IMG/VR virus record: IMGVR_UViG_3300029419_000188
Strand: one strand, 5' to 3'
DNA from: a virus
Length of the DNA: 64,000 nt
The notes below the pieces were generated by a model. It was not told the DNA's origin. It worked only from the letters and a program-made list of their open reading frames with translations, and ran no database searches. Below, one piece after another: positions 19,920-29,267 of this stretch. A program made the translations under genes and the position numbers. The stretch's first letter is position 1; every line of letters starts with the position of its first letter.

Positions 19920-21161
19920 ATGGGAAAGTTAATTTTTTGTTATGGAGCAATGGGTGCATCTAAAAGTGCAGAATTACTTATGTGGCGGTATAACTATGAA
20001 CAATCTGGATACTCAGTATTATTGATGAAACCTAAGATTGATAATAGAGAAGAATTTTTGTCAAATAAAATGGGCGTGATTTCATCTAGAATTGGATTAA
20101 CTGCAGAATGTTTATTAATTGATAAAAAAATTGAAGAATGGGAAAATGAAATACAATGTCATGATATTATTATGGTTGATGAGTCTCAATTTTTAACAGA
20201 ATTACAAGTAGATGAATTATATCAAATTTCTATGAATAAAACTGTTATTTGTTTTGGTCTTAGGACTGATTTTACACAACACTTTTTCTCTGGTAGTAAA
20301 AGACTTATGGAATTGGCAACAGATATCAGAGAATTAAAGACAGTTTGTACTTGTGGGAAAAAAGCAACTATTAATGCTAGATTAAATGGAGATAAATTAG
20401 TAACAGAAGGTGAACAAATACAAATTGGTGCAAATGAATCATATAAAGCAATGTGTAAAGATTGTTTTGAAAAACTAAAAAAAGAAAGTGAAGAAAATCA
20501 TGAAATAACAAAAGAAGAAATTACTAAAATTATTAAAAATGACAATTTGGATTTACAAATTCTTGATGAAGGTATTGATATATCATTTAAAGAATACGCA
20601 GAAAAACATTCATTGGAAGAGTCAATAAATATATTATGGAATATATTTAAAAACGAAAAATCTGCAATAAAAAATGGATATTCAAAAGAACATTATCAAG
20701 ATTATCTATCATTATTTAAAAAAGAAATGCAAAAAGACATTAATAAAACATATAATGCATTAGAAATATCAAAATATATAATAAATAAATGTTTAGAGGA
20801 TAAAAAACCTATCTCGCATATACAACTTCAGAAAATATTATATTCTATTCAATTAGAATTTTTAGAAATCAATAAAGTTTTGTTTTCTGATAATTTTTAT
20901 GCAATTCAAATTGGCCCAGTAATTTTAAGTGTATATAATTATTTTTGTGGATCTGGAGCACAAAAAATCATGACATCTTTTAAAACAGATATTCAGTGGA
21001 ATGAATTAGATAAAATAATCATTGATCAAATTATAAAGGAAAAAAGAGAATTATTGCCATGGGAATTTAATGAAGAGATTATGTATAAAAATTCTCCATA
21101 TGATATTACATGGCAAAATGGAAAAGGAAATTGGAAAATAATTAAATTGACAAAAGGATAA
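19920..21161 (+). CDS. tdk: thymidine kinase with a C-terminal Panacea (DUF4065)-like domain
   Basis: N-terminus has P-loop GAMGASKSAEL, MVDESQFL and a C-terminal CxCG Zn site typical of type II TK; the final ~200 aa contain ISHIQLQKILYSIQLEF...FYAIQIGPVILSVYNYF, matching the Panacea-domain pattern (LQKLLY...AW.yGPV...vY); start at the ATG after AAAAAGGAGAGAAAAT. Confidence 0.6.
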   Translation: MGKLIFCYGAMGASKSAELLMWRYNYEQSGYSVLLMKPKIDNREEFLSNKMGVISSRIGLTAECLLIDKKIEEWENEIQCHDIIMVDESQFLTELQVDELYQISMNKTVICFGLRTDFTQHFFSGSKRLMELATDIRELKTVCTCGKKATINARLNGDKLVTEGEQIQIGANESYKAMCKDCFEKLKKESEENHEITKEEITKIIKNDNLDLQILDEGIDISFKEYAEKHSLEESINILWNIFKNEKSAIKNGYSKEHYQDYLSLFKKEMQKDINKTYNALEISKYIINKCLEDKKPISHIQLQKILYSIQLEFLEINKVLFSDNFYAIQIGPVILSVYNYFCGSGAQKIMTSFKTDIQWNELDKIIIDQIIKEKRELLPWEFNEEIMYKNSPYDITWQNGKGNWKIIKLTKG

Positions 21162-21173
21162 AAAGGTGAAATT

Positions 21174-21347
21174 ATGACAATTTATACAATCTCATATTAT
21201 GAAGAAGATGAACAATTTGGTGGAACACTTACATTAAAAGATTATGTTTATAGTAAAACAGAAGAAAAAGCTCTTGAAAAATTTGATAAAAAACATCCAA
21301 ATACAAAAGTAAGATTTGTTTCAAATTGGATAACTGCTGATTATTAA
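21174..21347 (+). CDS. hypothetical 57-aa protein tightly coupled downstream of TK-Panacea
   Basis: RBS AAAAGGTGAAATT 12 nt after the upstream stop; not in the ORF track (<60 aa); coordinates approximate. Confidence 0.35.
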   Translation: MTIYTISYYEEDEQFGGTLTLKDYVYSKTEEKALEKFDKKHPNTKVRFVSNWITADY

Positions 21348-21617
21348 GTATAATTATTAACTAAATATATACTTATAATAAGATTACTTGGCAAATGCTA
21401 AGTAATCTTATATTTTGTCTAAAAAGAATTTAGTTTCATTTGTCAAAATATCACAATTTTCATATCATTATTGTATCTGATTGTTTCATTGAACTACAAA
21501 TTTGAATTACATTTGTCTAATATTTTAGACTTTATTTTTTTTTAATAAATACATTTTTTTATTATATTTTTTATTTATTTATCTATAATAATAAAAATAA
21601 AATTGAGAGGTGACACT

Positions 21618-22367
21618 ATGTTCAATCAAAGACGAAAACATAGTGCTTATTTGGAATATGATGATGGTAAAATTAAATCAACAGAACCAAATAGCACAAA
21701 AGAAAAAGTACAAAATATTATAAACTCTCATAAAAAGGAAGATTCTTTTACAAGTAAAGATTTTATATCATTATTATTGTTTTTAATTATTACAATTACT
21801 TTTATTTTATTAACATCATTTTTTATAAAATATATTTCAATTAGTATGAATTCAAAAACATCAAATTATAAAGTAAGTAATACTATCTCCAAAACAACAA
21901 GTAACATTAATTTAACAGAAAGAAAGAATAAAGAAAATGTTTATGAAAATATGTCATTATTATTAACATCTGTAAATAATTATAATACAGAAATAACATC
22001 TATCTATTCAACTTTAAAAGGATATATTAGTATTTATTATAATGGGAAGGAAGGTCGAATCATGACACAACGATCTTTAACAGCAATGGAAGATAGAATA
22101 GATTTAGATATTTCAATTATAAAAAATGATGAAATTTTTAAAAATCAAGAAAAACTAAAAAATTTATATATAAATCGATTTGAAAATATCAGAAATTATT
22201 TACAAATTGAAATAAATGATAAAGAAAAAGCCTTAAATGATTTAAATAAAATAATTTTAAAAGAGAATGATTTATATAAAAAATGTGATAATGAAATTTC
22301 AAATATTTTAGAAAACAATCAAACAACTTATGTAATAATGAATAATAAATATCAAATACAAAAATAA
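21618..22367 (+). CDS. hypothetical membrane-anchored protein (single central TM)
   Basis: promoter tctataat at 21583; RBS GAGAGGTG; hydrophobic segment FISLLLFLIITITFILLTSFFI. Confidence 0.5.
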   Translation: MFNQRRKHSAYLEYDDGKIKSTEPNSTKEKVQNIINSHKKEDSFTSKDFISLLLFLIITITFILLTSFFIKYISISMNSKTSNYKVSNTISKTTSNINLTERKNKENVYENMSLLLTSVNNYNTEITSIYSTLKGYISIYYNGKEGRIMTQRSLTAMEDRIDLDISIIKNDEIFKNQEKLKNLYINRFENIRNYLQIEINDKEKALNDLNKIILKENDLYKKCDNEISNILENNQTTYVIMNNKYQIQK

Positions 22368-22435
22368 TTATGCAAATCTAAGTAATAATAAATTTATAAA
22401 AATCTATAATAAAAAAAAAGAAAAGGAGAAAAAAC

Positions 22436-24034
22436 ATGTATGGAAAAAAGAAAAAGATAATAATTGCTGTTATAATTGGTATTGTTTTGTTATCAATTAT
22501 AGGAATTGCAATTCATCTCCTTTCAAATAAAGAGGAGAGATTAGGTATTAAATATATTGGAGGAGATAAATATGTAGATGCTAGATTAACTGCTGAAGAT
22601 TTTGAAGTTACTGATTTAAAATCAGGAAATAAAATTTCTTCTAAAAAATTAAAAATTTCTGCTGAACCATTGAATATGGATGGAACAATTGTAACCATTT
22701 CAACTACATTGGATGGGAATGAATATTCTGGACAAATTACTGTTTATCCAACACTTGTTATTACATCAATAAAAGCAGAATTAATACCTACAAATAAACA
22801 TATTGGTAGTAAAATTTCCCAAAAAGATTTTAAGGTAATTGGGAAAAACAATAATAATAAAGAAGTAAGATTAAAAGATTTTACACTGGATCATTCCACA
22901 TTAAAACAAGCAGAAAATGATGTAAAAATAGAATATAAAACATCTGTTGGAACAGTTAGTACAACATTACATATTAGTGTAACTGAAAATTTTGTAAAAG
23001 GTGTAAAAGCAAAATATAATGGTAAAGCAGCTTTTATAGGACAAGATGTAGACGAAGATGCATTTGATGTTTATGCAATTTGGGATGATGATGAAGAAAC
23101 AAAAATGGAAGAATATAATATAGAAGATCCTACATTAACAAGTAGTACAACAGTTGTTACTGTTTCAATTACAGATGATTTAGGTAAAACATTTTATACA
23201 GATGTAAAAGTAAAAGCAGTTAATTATGTGGTAGATATTGATCATGTTTCCTATGTAGGACAAGAACAAACAATTGGAAATACAGTTGAAAAAAGTGATT
23301 TTGAAGTATATGGAATTTATTATGATGGTTCAATAAAAAAAGTTGATAATTTTAAATTCAAAAGTAGTGCAGTATTAAAAGCAACAGAAAACACAATTAC
23401 AATTGGTTTAACAAATGAAATTGGTTCTTCCATTGAATACCAAGTAGGTGTTAATGCTGAACAAAATATTATATATGTTGGAGATTCAAGAATAAAAGAA
23501 CTACAAGTATATAATAAATCAGAAGAAGCAAAAGAAGCAAATGGATATAATGAAAAAGAAGAAAAATGTTATTATATTTATTCAGATAGAGCAGACTATA
23601 ATTGGTTTGAATCAACAGCAAAAGGACAAATTCAAAGTATTTTAGATAAAAATCCATATACAACATTTAGAATTGTCATTTCAATTGGAACATTTGATTT
23701 TAATAATATTAATAAATATTTGACAAGTTATGAAAAATTAGCTAGAACAACATGGAAAAATCAAAGAATGTATATTGATTCATTAAATCCAGTTGATGAA
23801 ACACAAATGGAAAAATCAGGGGTATATTCTAGAAAAGATATTAATACAACAAAAATTAATGATTTTAATAAACAATTAAATCAATCTATTGCAAATTATA
23901 ATTTAACTAATTTAAAATATATTAATACATATGGATCATTAACAAATAATGCATTTAAAACAAAAGATGGATTTAATTATACAAATGAAACTTATCAAGT
24001 TTTACATGATAGTGTAAAAGAATTATCAATATAA
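22436..24034 (+). CDS. membrane-anchored protein with Ig-like repeats and a C-terminal SGNH/GDSL-like hydrolase domain
   Basis: N-terminal TM; repeated beta-rich ~90-aa segments; C-terminus has IIYVGDSRI (GDS block I) and later ISIGTFD and DGFNY...HD blocks; terminator hairpin at 24041-24071. Confidence 0.45.
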   Translation: MYGKKKKIIIAVIIGIVLLSIIGIAIHLLSNKEERLGIKYIGGDKYVDARLTAEDFEVTDLKSGNKISSKKLKISAEPLNMDGTIVTISTTLDGNEYSGQITVYPTLVITSIKAELIPTNKHIGSKISQKDFKVIGKNNNNKEVRLKDFTLDHSTLKQAENDVKIEYKTSVGTVSTTLHISVTENFVKGVKAKYNGKAAFIGQDVDEDAFDVYAIWDDDEETKMEEYNIEDPTLTSSTTVVTVSITDDLGKTFYTDVKVKAVNYVVDIDHVSYVGQEQTIGNTVEKSDFEVYGIYYDGSIKKVDNFKFKSSAVLKATENTITIGLTNEIGSSIEYQVGVNAEQNIIYVGDSRIKELQVYNKSEEAKEANGYNEKEEKCYYIYSDRADYNWFESTAKGQIQSILDKNPYTTFRIVISIGTFDFNNINKYLTSYEKLARTTWKNQRMYIDSLNPVDETQMEKSGVYSRKDINTTKINDFNKQLNQSIANYNLTNLKYINTYGSLTNNAFKTKDGFNYTNETYQVLHDSVKELSI

Positions 24035-24141
24035 AAAAATAGTCTCAGAATTTTCTGAGACTATTTTTTTTATATTAAACACATTTTCTCTTTAAAAATG
24101 AAACCAAAAAGAATATAATATAAAAAAAGAAAGGGGATTTT

Positions 24142-25119
24142 ATGAAATTTTTAAAATATTTAATGATATGTTTTGTTTTTTATTGTTTATCAATAAATGC
24201 CTCTGCTGCAACTTTAAATGATTTAACAACACAGTTAAATAATGAAACAAAGGAAATTGAAAATTTAAATAATAAGATTACAATAAAAACTGAAGAATTA
24301 TTAGGATTAGAAGCAAATATTAAATCATCAGAACTTAATTTAAAAAAACAATATGCAGATATGAAATTAAGAATTCAATATATGTATGAAAATGGAAATC
24401 CATCTTATTTAGAAAGTTTTTTAACAAATAATAATTTTTCAGAACTTGTCAATGATATTTCATATAAATCAGAAATTGTGAAATATGATAGAGATAAATT
24501 AGAAAAAATACAAGAAACTTTAAATGATATAAAAGAAAAACAAGATAAAATAAATGAAGAAAAGAAATCATTAGAAAAATTAAAAACAGAAAATGAAAAT
24601 AAAAAAACAGAATTAGAAAAAATAATTAAAGAAAAAAAAGAAGAAATAACAAAAGCAGAAGAAAATAAAAAACAAAAGAATGTAATACAATCTAGTGTTA
24701 AACACGCAAATGATGTAATTAATTCAAATACAGAAATTACATATCAAACAGCAAATAATTATGGTTATTCTGATCAACAAATTGATTTAATTTGTGCAAT
24801 TGTTGCACAAGAATCTTGTAGTGATTATAATGGTTCTTTAGCAGTTATAACATGTGCAATGAATAGATGTGATTCACCAAAATGGAAGTATAATGGTACT
24901 GATCCATTATCACAATTATGTGCTAGAGGACAATTTTGTTATTCAATTGATGGGTATCATAGAAAAAGATTGAATGGAAATTATCCATCCTTTGTAAAAG
25001 ATGCAGTTATGGATTGCTTAAACGGTAAAAGAAATCACAAGTTTTTATGTTTTAGAGGATATCCAGGTAATGGTAGTACAACTTGTATTGGTGGAAATTG
25101 GTACTTTTCTTCATTGTAA
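24142..25119 (+). CDS. secreted cell-wall hydrolase, SleB/CwlJ (Hydrolase_2)-like C-terminal domain, with an N-terminal coiled coil
   Basis: signal peptide MKFLKYLMICFVFYCLSINASAA; C-terminus ICAIVAQES...SLAVITCAMNRCDSPKW...ARGQFCYS resembles LiyAEARGE...VAVaaVvlNRv...pgQFs; terminator at 25123-25153. Confidence 0.5.
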   Translation: MKFLKYLMICFVFYCLSINASAATLNDLTTQLNNETKEIENLNNKITIKTEELLGLEANIKSSELNLKKQYADMKLRIQYMYENGNPSYLESFLTNNNFSELVNDISYKSEIVKYDRDKLEKIQETLNDIKEKQDKINEEKKSLEKLKTENENKKTELEKIIKEKKEEITKAEENKKQKNVIQSSVKHANDVINSNTEITYQTANNYGYSDQQIDLICAIVAQESCSDYNGSLAVITCAMNRCDSPKWKYNGTDPLSQLCARGQFCYSIDGYHRKRLNGNYPSFVKDAVMDCLNGKRNHKFLCFRGYPGNGSTTCIGGNWYFSSL

Positions 25120-25154
25120 AATGGACCTCAGTTTTGACTGAGATCCATTTTTGT

Positions 25155-25358
25155 TTAATTATTGTATTGACGATTTACAAATTTTTTAATATTTTCTACA
25201 TTTAAAAAACCATTACTTTTATTTCCAAATTCAACTCCTGCATCTGGAAATTCACGTTCACATAATAGAATTAATTTGACACAGACATCTCTTCCACAAA
25301 ATTTGATTCTACCAGATTTATCAAATACTTCATCATATTGTTTTATTAATTCCTCCAT
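25155..25358 (-). CDS. hypothetical small protein
   Basis: strong minus-strand RBS AAAAAGGAGGAAGAACT. Confidence 0.5.
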   Translation of the reverse strand: MEELIKQYDEVFDKSGRIKFCGRDVCVKLILLCEREFPDAGVEFGNKSNGFLNVENIKKFVNRQYNN

Positions 25359-25841
25359 AGTTCTTCCTCCTTTTTTCTTAAATTAAGAAATTATAAAAAT
25401 TTCATAATATATTTTATAATTTATTAAAAAAAATATTCAAAAAAAATGTATAATTTTTAAAAAAAATGGAATATTTTTTTTAGAATATTATATTATAATA
25501 TAAATAAATAAAAAGGTGATTTTTTTTGAAGAATTCTTAATGGAATTCTTGTGGTAGTGTGAGCCGTTATCACACATAACTGTTTAATTTGTATGGTACA
25601 ATACTTTTTAAACTTTATATAATTTAAATAAATGGGTAAATCATTCATGTCCCACTTAACTAAACTTTGTACCAAGTATAGTAAGAAAGAATGTTAATCC
25701 TTATAGATTAAGAAAATGGGAATCTCATATAATTTTGAGATTCTCTTTTTTTGAAATAATTTCTTTTAAAGTTATATTTTTTATCATTACATCTATAATA
25801 AAATAATTAGAAAAATATAAAAATGTGAAAAGGAGAAAATT

Positions 25842-26888
25842 ATGTATAATTGGAAAGATTTTAAAAAGATAACAACTTATTATAATAATGTTATTTTGGG
25901 AGATAAAGAACAATTTGATATTCGATTTTCTAAAGGGAAAGATGGTATTTTAAAATCTGTTTTAAATTATAGACACATGACATTTTCTATTGAATTTTAT
26001 CCAACAGAAGAAGATGAATGTGTGGATTTTAAAAATATTACAGTTTCCTATATAGAATTTTGTAAAGCATTAGGAACTATCAAAAAAAATAAACTAATTG
26101 ATTTAAAAGTTATAGATAATCAATTGGCTTTACAACCAGATAAAGGATCTACTGTATTTATTCCTTGTAATAAAATTATGACAAGAGATTTTAATGGAAC
26201 AAAAATTGCAAGTATTAATATTGAAAATTTTAATACAGCTTTTTCATTAAATGATATATCATCAAGAGCAGGCATTGCAGATTTTGATAAGAATCTTATT
26301 TTGACATTTGAAAATAACTATACATATTTAAATAGTTATAATGATGGTATTTATGTTGGAAATAAAATTAAATGTAAAACTCAATCAACTTTTTCATGTA
26401 AATTAGTATATGATTATACAAGTACAATAAAAAAATGGTTAAAGTATGCAATCAAACCAACGAATAATATCTTAGATGATGAATTGGAATTATCTGTATT
26501 TCAATCATTTTTAATGATGAAAATTTCACATATATCAACAATTATTCCTATTAATTTAATTCAAGCTGATATTATTGGTGAAAAATTTAAAGAATTAACA
26601 GAATTTCAATATCCAACAAAAGAATTCATTTCAAAGAAAGTAATTGATGAATATTATAGTAATAATTTAAAAGAAAAATCACAAAAAGTTTCTGCTATGA
26701 ATTTGTTTCATGAAGAAAGTACATTATATCGTCCAATGTTTATGAGTCTAATAAAACAATTTTATGATTCAGATTCTGAGTTTCAAACAAAAATTGTAGA
26801 TTCAAAAGATTTAGTTCTTGAATTTGATGCATGTGAAGATGATATGACTTCAAAAATTTTACTATTTGGAATGAAACCTAAAAATTAA
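25842..26888 (+). CDS. hypothetical protein
   Basis: promoter tctataat at 25792; RBS AAAAGGAGAAAATT. Confidence 0.5.
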   Translation: MYNWKDFKKITTYYNNVILGDKEQFDIRFSKGKDGILKSVLNYRHMTFSIEFYPTEEDECVDFKNITVSYIEFCKALGTIKKNKLIDLKVIDNQLALQPDKGSTVFIPCNKIMTRDFNGTKIASINIENFNTAFSLNDISSRAGIADFDKNLILTFENNYTYLNSYNDGIYVGNKIKCKTQSTFSCKLVYDYTSTIKKWLKYAIKPTNNILDDELELSVFQSFLMMKISHISTIIPINLIQADIIGEKFKELTEFQYPTKEFISKKVIDEYYSNNLKEKSQKVSAMNLFHEESTLYRPMFMSLIKQFYDSDSEFQTKIVDSKDLVLEFDACEDDMTSKILLFGMKPKN

Positions 26889-27185
26889 TATGAAGATATT
26901 TCTATTTTAACACCTTGTATATTACAAGGTGTATTTTTATGAATATTATAATTCATTTAATGAAAAATGTTCATAAAATTATCAAAAAATATCGAGAAAA
27001 CATTTTTAATTATATTAAAAATGTTCAAATCATCGCAAACATTTAAATTATATTTTGTATAAAGTTATATTTTAGAAAAATTAAACTATAATAAATTATC
27101 AAAAATAAAAAGAAAAGATATCAAGTAAACTTATTATTTATAAGTTTTGTATTACAAATGAATATTTTGGAAGGAGGAATTTTAG

Positions 27186-27575
27186 ATGAAAAAAGAAGAA
27201 TTTGAAAAATTAGAATTAACTAAAGTAATTACTGCATCTGATTTAATTAATAAGAAAGATAGAACACTATTATATGGATATACATGTACAAGAGAAACAT
27301 TTCATGTATATCTGAAAAACATGAAAATACATGTAGTAATTTATCAAAATTATTATGGATGTGAAATTGTAAAACTTAAAAATATGAGAGAAATTATAGT
27401 AAAATCTAATATTGATTATATTCCAGATAAAAGACTGTATCCTGAAGCTTGTGATTTTGAATTTTGTAAATTATTGGAAGAAAAAAAACTTCATTTACCA
27501 TTTACAAATTTCAATAATAATCGAAAAGTTTCTGATTTTTATGGATTTACACTTGAAGATAGAAAGGATAATTAA
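27186..27575 (+). CDS. hypothetical protein
   Basis: RBS GGAAGGAGGAATTTTAG. Confidence 0.45.
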   Translation: MKKEEFEKLELTKVITASDLINKKDRTLLYGYTCTRETFHVYLKNMKIHVVIYQNYYGCEIVKLKNMREIIVKSNIDYIPDKRLYPEACDFEFCKLLEEKKLHLPFTNFNNNRKVSDFYGFTLEDRKDN

Positions 27576-27667
27576 ATGGCTAAAGGATATCCTATTGATG
27601 TTGAATTTAGAGATATTTTTGGTGAATTTTTGAGTATTTAATGAGATATGAAAAGGAGTATATTTTT

Positions 27668-28123
27668 ATGACAAATAAAAGAAGAATTTCAAAAGATGAA
27701 TATTATTTAAATATTGCAAAAGTAGTAGCAGCTAGAAGTACTTGTCTGAAAAGACAATATGGTGTAGTAATTGTAAATAATGATGAAATTGTTGCAACTG
27801 GTTATAATGGCTCTGCTAGAGGTGAAATAAACTGTTGTGACATTTACACACATTGTCCACGTTATAATGAACCACATAATCAAGGTAATTATACTGATTG
27901 TCCAGCTGTTCATGCAGAACAAAATGCATTGTTATCAGCTTCTAGACATGAAATTGTAGGTGGTACACTGTATTTAAGTGGATATTCTATTGAATATGGG
28001 GAAAACAATGAAATTATTAAAAATGAAATGAAAGAAACAACACCATGTCTTATATGTTCTAGATTAATTAAGAATTCAGGTATTACTAGAATTGTAGGGC
28101 CACAAGGTGATATCAAATTATAA
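27668..28123 (+). CDS. dCMP deaminase (cytidine/deoxycytidylate deaminase zinc-binding family)
   Basis: RSTCLKRQ.G..IV.....V.TGYNG, HAEQNAL (zinc-binding H.E) and PCLICSRLI (PC..C) motifs; start at the ATG with RBS GAAAAGGAG. Confidence 0.7.
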   Translation: MTNKRRISKDEYYLNIAKVVAARSTCLKRQYGVVIVNNDEIVATGYNGSARGEINCCDIYTHCPRYNEPHNQGNYTDCPAVHAEQNALLSASRHEIVGGTLYLSGYSIEYGENNEIIKNEMKETTPCLICSRLIKNSGITRIVGPQGDIKL

Positions 28124-28146
28124 TTTTTTTAAGGAGGAAATTTAAA

Positions 28147-28374
28147 ATGGCAAAAATTAATATGGAAAAACATATTTGGGAAGGTTGGACAGTTAAAGAT
28201 TTCATTGAAGCTTTAGAGTTACAAGTAAAAATGATTATGAATAATGAATCTTGGCAAAAACCGTTTAAAACAAAAGCAGAATTAAAAGATTGGTGTATTC
28301 AAAATCAACCTTATTATAAAAAATACATTCCAGATGTTGTAAATTATTTTGCAAAAACATATGGACTTAAGTAA
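28147..28374 (+). CDS. hypothetical small protein
   Basis: RBS AAGGAGGAAATTT; terminator hairpin at 28381-28420. Confidence 0.45.
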   Translation: MAKINMEKHIWEGWTVKDFIEALELQVKMIMNNESWQKPFKTKAELKDWCIQNQPYYKKYIPDVVNYFAKTYGLK

Positions 28375-28517
28375 TTTTTTACACATACAAAATCATTGAT
28401 TTTGTATGTGTTTTATTTTTTTGTAATAGTTCATAAAAAATATTGTATATTGTCCATATTTTAAGTATAATTTATTTATAATATTATATAATTAAACATA
28501 AATGAAAGGAGTTATTA

Positions 28518-29267
28518 ATGAATTCAAAACATATTTTACCAATTAAAAATAAAAATTGTACTTGTATGAATTGTTTAAAAGAATTTAATGAAAATGAATT
28601 ACATATAATTAAAATAAATGAATTAGGATATGGATCTGCATTTGATGGGTTAAACACACGAATTATTCTTTGTAATAATTGTTTTGAAAAAAGTAATCAA
28701 AATTATTCAGATATTTGGACTTTAAATGTGAAAAAACAATGGGCTTCAGAATGTACAAATTATAAAGATGTTAAAAAAGATTTTATAATAAATGAAGAAT
28801 ATGAACATGAATCTGAAATACTTATTTATATCAATTCATTACCTATTCAATCACAAGAATTAATCTGGAATACTTTTGCAACTGGCTGTTTAGCTGATTA
28901 TAAAATGGAATCTCAAGATTGGATTGATTATGAATTAAATGAATTACCATTTGAAAAATGTCAAGAATATTGTTTGATTTCACCAGAAGAGATTAAAGCA
29001 TATAATGAAAAATTTTCAACTTGTGAATGGGTTGTAAATGTAGAATATAGTGATGGATCGAATATGAGTACTTGTCCATATCATGCATATGGTGATAAAG
29101 ATCAAATCCCTATTAAAAGATATTGTCCAGAGTGTTATATTTGTGAAAATTATAAAAAACGTGAAAATGAAATAAAAACTATTCCATATGAAAATAGAAG
29201 AAATTTTGAAGAAGAAATTTGGATTGAAATGTTGAAAGGAAAAATAAATGAAAAAAATATTAAATAA
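28518..29267 (+). CDS. hypothetical Cys-rich protein
   Basis: RBS AAAGGAG; multiple CxxC pairs; its 3' end overlaps the start of the next gene. Confidence 0.45.
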   Translation: MNSKHILPIKNKNCTCMNCLKEFNENELHIIKINELGYGSAFDGLNTRIILCNNCFEKSNQNYSDIWTLNVKKQWASECTNYKDVKKDFIINEEYEHESEILIYINSLPIQSQELIWNTFATGCLADYKMESQDWIDYELNELPFEKCQEYCLISPEEIKAYNEKFSTCEWVVNVEYSDGSNMSTCPYHAYGDKDQIPIKRYCPECYICENYKKRENEIKTIPYENRRNFEEEIWIEMLKGKINEKNIK

